A DNA stretch of 47,421 nt from positions 1-47,421 of the forward strand of contig SHZF01000035.1 in assembly GCA_009692425.1 (NCBI GenBank), written 5' to 3'. Below are positions 9,635-20,308 of this stretch, piece by piece. Within the stretch, counting starts at the first letter, position 1; each line of letters begins with the position of its first letter. A program made the position numbers and the translations under genes. The notes under the pieces are model-generated. The model saw only the letters and a program-made list of their open reading frames with translations, had not been told where the DNA came from and made no database searches. Source of the stretch: Myxococcales bacterium (lineage in GTDB: Bacteria; Myxococcota_A; UBA9042).

Positions 9635-11151
9635 CCCTTACGCCGTCGTCGACACGGGTGCGCCAGGCGGAACTGTTTCCGCGCGCCGCCGGGGTGCTGC
9701 TGCATCCGACCAGCCTGCCCGGGCCGGGGCCGAGCGGCGACTTCGGACGGTCGGCCTATGCCTTCGTCGATTGGCTCCACGCGGCGGGCTGTCGGCTGTG
9801 GCAGGTGCTGCCGATGGTGCCGCCCGCGGGATCGGGTTCGCCGTACCTGTCGGCGTCTGCCCTGTGCGGGAGTCCGTGGCTCATCGACCTCGAAGGTCTC
9901 GCGTCCGAAGGGTTGCTGGACCGCGCCGACTGCGTGCCGCCCCCGCACGACGCGAACCGCGCCGACGGTAGTGCGACCTGCGTCTGGAAAGGCCCACTGC
10001 TGGCACGCGCCGCCGACCGCCTGTTGGCGAGCCCGCACCACCCGATGTTCGACGACCTGCAGCGGGCACTGGTCCACGCCACTTGGGCCGTCGATGCGGG
10101 CTTGTTTGCCGTGCTCAAGCGCCGGTCCGGCGACGCGTGCTGGTGGACCTGGCCCCGCGAACTGCGCGACCGGGACCCGGCGGCGGTCGCCCACTCACGC
10201 CAGACACTGCACGCAGAGGTCGCGCGCGAGGTCGCCATCCAGGTCTTCTTCTCGCACCAATGGGCACGCCTGCGGGCGTACGCCGCCGAGCGGGGCGTCC
10301 GGGTGATCGGCGACGTGCCGATCTACGTCGACGTCGATAGTGTCGATGTGTGGTGCGCACCGCACCTGTTCCAACTCGACGACCAGCGGCGTCCTACCGC
10401 CGTCGCCGGCGTGCCGCCCGACTACTTCAGTGCCACGGGGCAACTCTGGGGCAATCCGCTCTACGACTGGAATGCCATGCAGCGCGACGGTTTTCGCTGG
10501 TGGACGCTGCGGCTGAAGCGGGCGCTGGCCCACGCCGACCTGGTGCGACTCGACCATTTTCGCGGGTTTTCTGCCTACTGGTCGGTGCCTGCCGGGTCCG
10601 CGGATGCGCGGGGCGGGCAGTGGCAGCCCGGACCGGGCGCGGCATTGTTCGCAGCCCTGCGCCGCTCGTTCGGCGCCCTGCCCCTCATCGCCGAAGACCT
10701 GGGCGACATCGATGCGGCCGTCGTTGCCCTGCGCGAGGGCCAGGGGCTGCCGGGCATGAAGGTGCTGCAGTTTGCGTTCGGTGGCGCGCGCGACCACCCG
10801 TTCCTGCCGCATCACCACGGTCGCGACTTCGCCGTCTACACGGGCACGCACGACAACGACACCGCGCGCGGCTGGTGGCTCGCGACGCCGGCGGCCCACG
10901 ACCACCTGCGCAAGTATCTCGGCGTGCCCGGCACCGACGTCGCCTGGGACCTGATCCGCGCTGCCTTGGCGTCGTGCGCACACACCGCAATCGTGCCGGC
11001 CCAGGACGTGCTGGACCTTGGCTCCGAGGCACGGCTCAACGTACCCGGGGTGACGGCGGGCAACTGGTCGTGGCGGTTGCGCGACGGGCAACTCACCGAG
11101 CAGCACGCGGCCCGTTTCCGCAGCCTGGCCGAGGTCTACGGTCGCGTCTGA
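9631..11151 (+). CDS. malQ: 4-alpha-glucanotransferase (amylomaltase, GH77)
   Basis: GTG at 9631 overlaps the nadE TGA (GTGA). RAAGVLLHPTSLPGPGPSGDFG, WQVLPMVPP, FRGFSAYWSVPAG, PLIAEDLGDID, VYTGTHDNDTARGWW are classic MalQ motifs. The upstream part of ORF 8842..11151 is an out-of-frame artefact over nadE. Confidence 0.85.
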   Translation: MTLTPSSTRVRQAELFPRAAGVLLHPTSLPGPGPSGDFGRSAYAFVDWLHAAGCRLWQVLPMVPPAGSGSPYLSASALCGSPWLIDLEGLASEGLLDRADCVPPPHDANRADGSATCVWKGPLLARAADRLLASPHHPMFDDLQRALVHATWAVDAGLFAVLKRRSGDACWWTWPRELRDRDPAAVAHSRQTLHAEVAREVAIQVFFSHQWARLRAYAAERGVRVIGDVPIYVDVDSVDVWCAPHLFQLDDQRRPTAVAGVPPDYFSATGQLWGNPLYDWNAMQRDGFRWWTLRLKRALAHADLVRLDHFRGFSAYWSVPAGSADARGGQWQPGPGAALFAALRRSFGALPLIAEDLGDIDAAVVALREGQGLPGMKVLQFAFGGARDHPFLPHHHGRDFAVYTGTHDNDTARGWWLATPAAHDHLRKYLGVPGTDVAWDLIRAALASCAHTAIVPAQDVLDLGSEARLNVPGVTAGNWSWRLRDGQLTEQHAARFRSLAEVYGRV

Positions 11152-11169
11152 AGACGACTCCGTAGCGGA

Positions 11170-12276
11170 TCAATCGACGATCAAACCGGTCAATCCCGCC
11201 ACTTCCAAGTCGCCACGAGACAGCCGGGCTTGCAGATCCGCTGCAATGCCGGTGCGCAAGCCAGCCATCGACACGGTCCAGGCGCCCAGGCCGAGGCCGC
11301 GCGTCAGGCCCTCGAAAATCAGGGCGCCACCCAGCAGGATGTCTGCGCGGCTTGGGTCCATACCAGGCACGCGCAGGCGCTCTTCCTGGGTCGGGGCGGC
11401 TGCGAGGAGGCCCGTCACGTGGTCAAGCGCGGCGGCGTCGAGGCGGAGGCCGTGCACGTCGTCGCGCGTCGTTCCCGCAGCGGTCAGCGCAATGCGGGCA
11501 AGTCGCTGGGCCGTGCCCGACGTCGCCACCCCGCGCAAATGAGCTTCGGCACGAAAGGGCACCAGCATGGGAGCAAGGGACAGCGAGATGTGCGCGCGCG
11601 CGCGCTCGATGGCGTCAGCCTGAACCGGGTCGCTGCCCAGCCAGTCGCGCGTGATGCCAACCGCGCCAAGCGCGACGCTGGCCGTGGCGCGCACGGTGCC
11701 GGAGTGGGACAAGACGAGTTCGGTTGAGCCCCCGCCCACATCGGCGCACATGACTTCGCCGTCGAGGCGCCCGAGCCCGCGCAACACTCCGAGGTGGGCC
11801 AAACGCGCTTCCAGGTCCCCGTCGACGACATCGACGTCGATGCCCGCCTCGTCCCGGAAGCGTGCGACGATCGCGGTGCGGTTCGACGCGTCTCGCAGCG
11901 ACGCCGTGGCGACGGCGCGATAGGGCACCGCATACCGATCGATGAGCAATCGGAAGCGCTGCAACGCCGCCACGGCGCGATCGACGCCTGCAACGGCCAG
12001 GACGCCGTCGGCCCCGAGATGCTCGCGCAATCTTGCGACATCCTTGTCTTTCTGGATCGTGTGAAAGCCCCCGTCGGCCAGCGGCAGCAGGACGAGCAGG
12101 CAGATCGAGTTGGAGCCGATGTCGATGACGGCGAGGGGTTGCAGTGACAACGGGGGCTGGGTTGGGTCCACGCGCGACGCAGGGTACGGTCGCACGCGTC
12201 CAACGTAAAGCCTGGCCAAGCCTGCTGGCCCAACCCTGCGATCACCAGGGTGCGAGCCTCGGTCGGCGTGCGTCAC
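11170..12276 (-). CDS. ppx: Exopolyphosphatase / guanosine pentaphosphate phosphohydrolase family (Ppx/GppA)
   Basis: LAVIDIGSNSICLLV..., ...AVATASLRDASNRTAIVARFRDEAGIDVDVVDGDLEARLAHLGVL are Ppx/GppA N-terminal ASKHA-fold motifs. Start placed at the GTG (12276) overlapping the ltaE stop (GTGA). TTG/CTG near 12150 is an alternative. Start confidence is low, call confidence good. Confidence 0.7.
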   Translation of the reverse strand: MTHADRGSHPGDRRVGPAGLARLYVGRVRPYPASRVDPTQPPLSLQPLAVIDIGSNSICLLVLLPLADGGFHTIQKDKDVARLREHLGADGVLAVAGVDRAVAALQRFRLLIDRYAVPYRAVATASLRDASNRTAIVARFRDEAGIDVDVVDGDLEARLAHLGVLRGLGRLDGEVMCADVGGGSTELVLSHSGTVRATASVALGAVGITRDWLGSDPVQADAIERARAHISLSLAPMLVPFRAEAHLRGVATSGTAQRLARIALTAAGTTRDDVHGLRLDAAALDHVTGLLAAAPTQEERLRVPGMDPSRADILLGGALIFEGLTRGLGLGAWTVSMAGLRTGIAADLQARLSRGDLEVAGLTGLIVD

Positions 12277-13340
12277 CCGACCGCGTCGCGAAGCGCTGCC
12301 AGGGCCCGTTCGAGCCCGCCGTCGTCGACGTCCAGGTGAAAAACCGCACGCAGGCGCGCGGCCGTGCCCGCGATCCACACTCCGCGCTCCCGCAAGCGGG
12401 CGGCCAAGACGACCCGCATCGCACCGACATCAGCGCTCCAGCGCCGGACGGCAGGAGACGCAGGATCGACGTCGAAATACACAAGGTTGGTCTGCACTTG
12501 CCCAACATCGACACGGAGCCCGTCGATGGTCGCGATCGATGCGGCAAACCGCCGTGCCCGAGCATGATCGTCCGCGAGTCGTTCGACATGATGGTCGAGG
12601 GCGTAGGTCCCGGCAGCTGCGAGGATTCCGGCCTGACGCATTCCACCACCCATGGCCTTGCGCCAGCGCCGGGCGTGCGCGATGCGCCCGCGGTCGCCTG
12701 CCAACAAGCTGCCCACCGGTGCCCCGAGGCCCTTCGAGAGGCACAGGCTGACGGTATCGAAGGGCGCGGCAAGCGCTGCGATCGACGTGCCGCTGGCGAT
12801 GGCGGCGTTGTACAGCCGCGCGCCGTCGAGGTGCAGGCCCAGCCCGTGACGGCGGGCGAGGGCGCACACGGCGTCGACGTCCACGGGGTCGAGCACGACA
12901 CCGCCGCAGCCGTTGTGGGTATTTTCGTAGGCGATCAGACGCGTCGGGGCAAGGTGTGGGTCGTCGCCGAGGTGCAACGCGGCCGCGACGGCCGCCGCGC
13001 CCAGGCTGCCGTCCATGCTGTCGATCGGCCGCAGCGTGACCCCGGACAGGGCGGCTGCCGCGCCACCCTCGTAGTTGAACACGTGGCTGCGCGCGTGCAG
13101 CACGGCCTCGTCGCCTGGGCGGCAGTGCGCGCGCACCGCGAGTTGGTTCGCCATCGTGCCGGAGGGAACGAACAAGGCGGACTCCTTGCCTAGGAGTTCA
13201 GCAACTTTGTCCTGCAAGAAGTGAACCGATGGATCGTCATCGAAAACGTCGTCGCCCACCGGTGCCGCCGCCATAACGGCGCGCATGGCCGCGGTAGGGC
13301 GGGTCACGGTATCGGAGCGCAGATCGACGATGTGGGGCAT
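12273..13340 (-). CDS. ltaE: Low-specificity L-threonine aldolase (PLP-dependent, beta-eliminating lyase family), 355 aa
   Basis: Trimmed from ORF 12273..13961 to the internal ATG at 13340 (MPHIVDLRSDTVTRPTAAMRAVMAAAPVGDDVFDDDPSV...). Also SGTMANQLAVRAH, LIAYENTHNGCGG, SLCLSKGLGAPVGS (PLP-Lys). Confidence 0.85.
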   Translation of the reverse strand: MPHIVDLRSDTVTRPTAAMRAVMAAAPVGDDVFDDDPSVHFLQDKVAELLGKESALFVPSGTMANQLAVRAHCRPGDEAVLHARSHVFNYEGGAAAALSGVTLRPIDSMDGSLGAAAVAAALHLGDDPHLAPTRLIAYENTHNGCGGVVLDPVDVDAVCALARRHGLGLHLDGARLYNAAIASGTSIAALAAPFDTVSLCLSKGLGAPVGSLLAGDRGRIAHARRWRKAMGGGMRQAGILAAAGTYALDHHVERLADDHARARRFAASIATIDGLRVDVGQVQTNLVYFDVDPASPAVRRWSADVGAMRVVLAARLRERGVWIAGTAARLRAVFHLDVDDGGLERALAALRDAVG

Positions 13341-13539
13341 GGCAGGCGTCCTGGCGGCCGGGCGCACGGCCGGCGTCCACGGCGAGACGCTACGGCACAC
13401 CCGCGCCGATCTCAACGGACCCGCGCCACCTCGACGCGAAATCGCAGGGCTTGGCATCCGCTCCGCAAGCGTGCACACTCCACGCCCCCCCCAACGGCTT
13501 CGGCCGACCCGTCGAACCCGCCTCGAGGCCAAGCCCAAG

Positions 13540-13788
13540 ATGTCGAAGCAGTCCGTCATCCGCGTCAGCAACTCGTTTACTCGCGAAGAGATTCGCATCC
13601 TCAAGGACATCATCGACACGGCGACCACGCAGGAATTCCGCGGGCGCAACCATCTGATGAAGTTCATCGAACGTTCAGCGTTCCACCAACTGTACCGCAA
13701 GCTCGTCAGCATGCAGGACAAAGCGGACAGCCTGCACTCGGCGGCGCGCACTGGTGCCGTCCTCCCCGAAAAGCCCGAGCCGAAGTAG
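13540..13788 (+). CDS. Small hypothetical protein (82 aa, MSKQSVIRVSNSFTREEIRILKDIIDTATTQEFRGRNHLMKFIERSAFHQLYRKLVSMQDKADSLHSAARTGAVLPEKPEPK)
   Basis: Clean ORF with ATG, balanced (non-Arg/Ala-biased) composition and locally lower GC than its surroundings. Sits 12 nt upstream of the metallophosphoesterase gene. Family not recognised. Confidence 0.45.
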   Translation: MSKQSVIRVSNSFTREEIRILKDIIDTATTQEFRGRNHLMKFIERSAFHQLYRKLVSMQDKADSLHSAARTGAVLPEKPEPK

Positions 13789-13800
13789 CGCGCGCCGGCG

Positions 13801-14928
13801 ATGGAACCGGCTCGGACTGCGCCCCTTTCCGCATCCATGCCGCGGCACGCTGCCGCAACGCACGGCGGTGGTCGCCCCTTATTAGGCTTGTCCGCCGTGT
13901 GGGTGGTTGTTGCCTGCGCCGCGTGCGCCCGGCCACCCGCACCCCACGCCGACGACGGCAATCCGGTGCACAGCGCGACCGGTCACGCCGAGCGCGTCAC
14001 CGCTGCGGCCATCCATGCCGCAGCGGCGCTACCCGGACAGCCATCGCCAACCGCTGCGCCCAGTTCAGCCACCCTGCGCGCAGACCGCGGCCAGCCGGGA
14101 GCGCCCCTGCTCACCGATGCTGACGTCCCGCAGGCGATCGTTCGTGCCCGCGCGGTCGTTTGGGGTGATTCTGGCACTGGCAGCGCCGATCAATACGCGA
14201 TCGCCGCGGTGGTTGCCGCCCAGTGCCGCGCGTTGGGGTGCGATTTCGGGCTGCACACCGGCGACATCATCTACCCGGCCGGCATCGCGACGCCCGACGA
14301 TCCGCTGCTCCGGACCCACCTGGAGGAGCCTTACGCTGCCCTGCCCTTCCCGATCTGGCTTGCGCTCGGCAACCACGATCACTACGGCAACGAAGACGCC
14401 TGGGTGACCTATGCCGCGCGGCGTTCCGACGGGCGCTTCCGGATGCCCGCGAAGTACTACACGTTCCTCGCAGGCGGGGTGCGCTTCGTGGCGCTCGACA
14501 CCGAGGTGCCCGACGCGGCGCAAGAGGCGTGGGCGCTCCAGGTCCTGGCCGCCAGCCAAGCCGCGCGAGAGCCCTGGGTCATCGCGTTCGGCCACCACCC
14601 GCGCTGGTCGGCAGGCCAGCACGGAGATGCAGACGCTTCGCTCGCGGCATGGCTCGACCGGGTGTTGTGCGGCCACGTCGATTTGTACCTTGCCGGCCAC
14701 GATCACGATCGGCAGGTGCTGCGGCCCGCGTGCGGCGTGGTGTACGCCGTGTCCGGGGCGGGCGCGCAGGTGCGGCCGATGAGCGCCGGCGCCCGATCGC
14801 TGTTTGCCGCCGACACGATGGGGTTCGCGCACCTCGACATCGCGGGCCCCCGGTTGCGGCTGCGAATGTTCGACGAGCGGGGCACGGTGGACTTCGGTGT
14901 GACCGTCGTGCGTGCGCGAGATCCGTGA
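13801..14928 (+). CDS. Secreted calcineurin-like metallophosphoesterase (purple-acid-phosphatase-like)
   Basis: GDSGTG...LHTGDIIYP...LALGNHDHYGNEDAW...VIAFGHHPRWSAGQHGDAD...YLAGHDHDRQVL: the D-x-H / GD / GNH(D/E) / H / GH-x-H metallophosphatase motif set. N-terminal hydrophobic segment LSAVWVVVACAAC (signal/lipobox-like). Confidence 0.7.
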   Translation: MEPARTAPLSASMPRHAAATHGGGRPLLGLSAVWVVVACAACARPPAPHADDGNPVHSATGHAERVTAAAIHAAAALPGQPSPTAAPSSATLRADRGQPGAPLLTDADVPQAIVRARAVVWGDSGTGSADQYAIAAVVAAQCRALGCDFGLHTGDIIYPAGIATPDDPLLRTHLEEPYAALPFPIWLALGNHDHYGNEDAWVTYAARRSDGRFRMPAKYYTFLAGGVRFVALDTEVPDAAQEAWALQVLAASQAAREPWVIAFGHHPRWSAGQHGDADASLAAWLDRVLCGHVDLYLAGHDHDRQVLRPACGVVYAVSGAGAQVRPMSAGARSLFAADTMGFAHLDIAGPRLRLRMFDERGTVDFGVTVVRARDP

Positions 14929-14949
14929 TGGAGTGCCGAGGTGGCAACG

Positions 14950-17402
<2,453 letters not shown>

Positions 17403-17406
<4 letters not shown>

Positions 17407-18713
17407 GACCGGCGGGGCCTCCGGGGCCGCGTGTGCGGGTTGCTTCGTGGGGCCGCGCGAGGAGTTCGTTGGCCCGCGTCCTGCAGGCGATCGACGGGGC
17501 CCACCGCGAGGATCGATTCGTCGATGCGGACCACGGGCGTGCCGGGCACCCGCACGCCTTCGCCGCGCCAGGCATTCGCGACGGCCGCGGCGACGGGATC
17601 GACCGCCGCCCCGCGCATTTCTGCGGTCGTCCTTCCTACGGGCCCACACAGGTAGCGCCGCGCCACCTCTCCGTCGCGCATGAGGCCGCCGATCACCCGA
17701 TAGGACAGCGCCGCGGTTGCAGAAAGCGCCGCGGGCTCCGCCAGCGCCGTGGTCGCCGGGAGCGGGGCGGCCCCTGGCGCCACGATGAGGTGCGAAGATT
17801 TCAGCGTGCGGCGCGCGTGGCCGATCGCGCGGTCGAGCGCCACGACCTGGGGCGGCCGCTGCCACGGCGCCTCGGCGTGGCACCAGTCGCGCATCGAGGG
17901 TTGGTGCAGCGGGCACAGACCCTGCGTGAAGCAAGGGCTCGTCGCGCGACCGACCGCACCCGCCAGCAGGTGGGCGCGCACGTCGAGCAGGGTGTGCGAG
18001 GCTCGGCGCGTCGCCGGCTCCACCAACACGAGGCGGCCGTCGGGACAGAGGTGGTGGCGCACCAGCGTCTCGGCCCACGCACCGACGCTCACGGCCTTGC
18101 GGCCGCCTTGATCCCACTCGTTCAGCGTGTTCAGGCAGACGATGACGTCGAACGCGCCCAGATCGCGCAGCAGGCGACCGTCGCGCAGGTTGCCGACGAG
18201 CGTCCGGACCTGGGCTTGGGGCCGCAGGGTCCGCAGCAGTGCGACGCCGTCGTCGAGTGCCGCGCGACAGCCATCGACGGCCACGATGTCGAGGGCGTGG
18301 GCCTGCGGGAGTGCGAGGGCCAGCGCCAGCGACGCCGTCAAGGGCCCGGCACCGAGATCGAGCACCCGCAGGCGCAACTGGCTGTGCAGGCGAGCCAACT
18401 CTCCGGCGCGCTCCAGGACCGACAGCAAGGTCGCAACGCCTGTCGGCACGAAATACAGCAGGTACGCAGCCCGCCAGCGCGGCTGCGACAGGTAGCCGGG
18501 CGGCAGACCCGAGCGCACCGAGGTGAACGCTTCGGACAAGTCGGCCACCGCGCCTGCATGCACGGATTCGATGGAGTGGCCGCGCCGCGCGGGCGGGGTC
18601 AATGTCGCCCGCACCAGCCGCTCGATGGTGTCCGGCAAGCCGCCGAGGTCTGCCGTAGCGTGCGCCACCTCCACCGCTCCCCTTGCCGCCAAGCTGCGTC
18701 CCTGAGTGCCCAT
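17403..18713 (-). CDS. Class I SAM-dependent methyltransferase, Rsm22-like
   Basis: [22 protein letters not shown]...[22 protein letters not shown] (motif I hh(D/E)hGxGxG)...[13 protein letters not shown]. 436 aa. Family assignment from overall architecture only. Confidence 0.45.
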
Positions 18714-18747
18714 CTTGGGCAGGCGCGCCCAGCCTGGTCAACCCCGA

Positions 18748-18890
18748 TCCGCCACCTTCGGCACAGCTCTTCGTTGTCGCTGCGGAATCGGCGTTCGAAG
18801 TACCGGGTGTACGTCTTCAGGCCGATTCCTTGCTCGGGCTTGATCTGCATCCGAATTCGGCGGCCGGCGATGGGAGTCGGTGGTGGATCC
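18748..18890 (+). repeat. Copy A of a ~140-bp intergenic repeat family (rsm22-like / cNMP-binding divergent intergenic region)
   Basis: gatccgccaccttcggcacagctcttcgttgtcgctgcgg...taccgggtgtacgtcttca...ctgcatccgaattcggcggcc...tggatcctgg aligns with copies at 22126 and 38234 (shared 5' core ccttcggc(a/g)ca..t.ttcgt(c/t)gtt, shared 3' part with the CCGAATTCGG palindrome). Confidence 0.7.
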
Positions 18891-18955
18891 TGGCCAACTG
18901 TGCCTTGCGCCGGGCAGATGCCTCGCGCTACCTTGCGGGCCGTACCGCCCGCGAG

Positions 18956-19537
18956 ATGAAGCCGATGGCCGACGCGCGTGTCCTTCCGGTGTTGCACCTG
19001 ATCAAGCCGTTGGGTTCGCTGCCCGAGGCCGACCTGCAGGTTCTCGCCGACCTGTTGCAACCGAAGTTCCTGCGTGCGGGCGAGGTCCTGTATCGGCAGG
19101 GCGACAGGGGCACCTCGATGGCGATCCTGGCGGACGGCATCCTCCGCCTGCAGTGGCAGGACCCGCGGGGCGAAGTGGCGCCACTCGGCAGCCTGAAGCG
19201 CGGGGACTTCGCGGGCGAGATGGCCCTGCTCGATCCAGCACCGCGCTCGGCGACCGTGCTCGCCGCTTCGGAGTGCCTGTGCTTCGAGCTGACGGACACC
19301 GATCTGGTGTTGTTGATGTGCCGCAGCCCGGCCGCCACTTCGCGCCTGGTATCGGCCATCACGCACGCGCTGACGAAGCGGATTCGCGCAGCGAACGAGC
19401 AACTTGAGAGCATCGTGCGAGCCAGTGCCCAGGGCGGGCGCGCCCCGTCGCAGCCCATCCGGCTGCCTGACGATGCGATCGGCGCGCGTCCCGACAGCGT
19501 GATGTCGCGGCTGTGGGCGAAGATCACCGGGGGGTAA
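18956..19537 (+). CDS. Standalone cyclic-nucleotide-binding (cNMP/CAP-effector) domain protein, no DNA-binding HTH evident
   Basis: FLRAGEVLYRQGDRGTSMAILADGILRL...LGSLKRGDFAGEMALLDPAPRSATVLAASECLCFEL is the G(E/D)xAL...R(S/T)A cNMP-binding signature. Start moved to ATG 18956 because the upstream part of the track ORF is the repeat element. Confidence 0.75.
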   Translation: MKPMADARVLPVLHLIKPLGSLPEADLQVLADLLQPKFLRAGEVLYRQGDRGTSMAILADGILRLQWQDPRGEVAPLGSLKRGDFAGEMALLDPAPRSATVLAASECLCFELTDTDLVLLMCRSPAATSRLVSAITHALTKRIRAANEQLESIVRASAQGGRAPSQPIRLPDDAIGARPDSVMSRLWAKITGG

Positions 19538-19540
19538 GGC

Positions 19541-20233
19541 ATGGCAAGTTCCGGACTCCACCTGTTGCCTGCCCGCCATGGCTTCGCGCCGGACGATCTG
19601 GAGTTGCTCACGACCGTCGGGCCAACCCGGCAGTTTGCCGTCGGCACGTACCTTTGCGAGCAGGGCAAGCCCGCGTACTGCGCGTTCCTGCTGCTGGCGG
19701 GCGAGGTCGAGGTGCTGCGTGAGGTCGAAGGGCGCACGATGTCGCTGGCCAAGATGGGGCCCGGCGAAATCGTGGGCCAACTGGCGCTCGTCGATGGCGC
19801 GCCGCGTGGCGCCTCGGTGCTCGTGCGGCGCGATGTCGAAGCCCTGCTGCTCATGCGCGACATGTTCGAAAAGCTGCTGGCGTCGCAGAGTCCACTCGCG
19901 CTGCGCTTCCAGCGCCAGGTTGCGGTCGCGGGCATTCGCCAACTGCGGCGCACGACGGAACGCTTGGCCCACGTGATGCTGGCATTGGAGCGCGAAACAC
20001 CGCGCACCGAGGAGGAGAGGGCGAGCCTCGTGCGACGGCGTCGGGACAGTGCGATAACAGCCCTGGCTGCTCTCGAAGAGCCGGGCCTCGACATGGAACT
20101 GGACCAGGAAGTGTGCGACGTCACCGACAGAACCCTCGCCATCCTCCCCCGCGGGTTCATGCCGGAGCCGCCGATCGACCAGGTGATGGCCCCTACCGCC
20201 ATCGCGACGCTTCGGAGCGGTCCTGGCAAATAG
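19541..20233 (+). CDS. Second standalone cyclic-nucleotide-binding domain protein
   Basis: YLCEQGKPAYCAFLLLAGEVEVLREVEGRTMSLAKMGPGEIVGQLALVDGAPRGASVLVRRDVEALLL is the cNMP-binding beta-barrel signature. 4 nt downstream of the first one. Its stop codon lies inside a 33-bp tandem repeat. Confidence 0.75.
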   Translation: MASSGLHLLPARHGFAPDDLELLTTVGPTRQFAVGTYLCEQGKPAYCAFLLLAGEVEVLREVEGRTMSLAKMGPGEIVGQLALVDGAPRGASVLVRRDVEALLLMRDMFEKLLASQSPLALRFQRQVAVAGIRQLRRTTERLAHVMLALERETPRTEEERASLVRRRRDSAITALAALEEPGLDMELDQEVCDVTDRTLAILPRGFMPEPPIDQVMAPTAIATLRSGPGK

Positions 20234-20300
20234 ATGGCGACGCTTCGGAGCGGTCCTGGCAAATAGTATGGCGACGCTTCGGAGCGGTCCTGGCAAGCAG
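20201..20300 (+). repeat. 33-bp tandem repeat x3 (at(c/g)gcgacgcttcggagcggtcctggcaa(a/g)(t/c)ag)
   Basis: Units at 20201-20233, 20234-20266 and 20268-20300 (1-bp spacer). Units 1 and 2 each end in TAG. Each unit encodes (I/M)ATLRSGPGK, i.e. the C-terminal decapeptide of the preceding cNMP-binding protein is re-encoded twice after its own stop. Confidence 0.85.
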
Positions 20301-20308
20301 GGGCAGCG

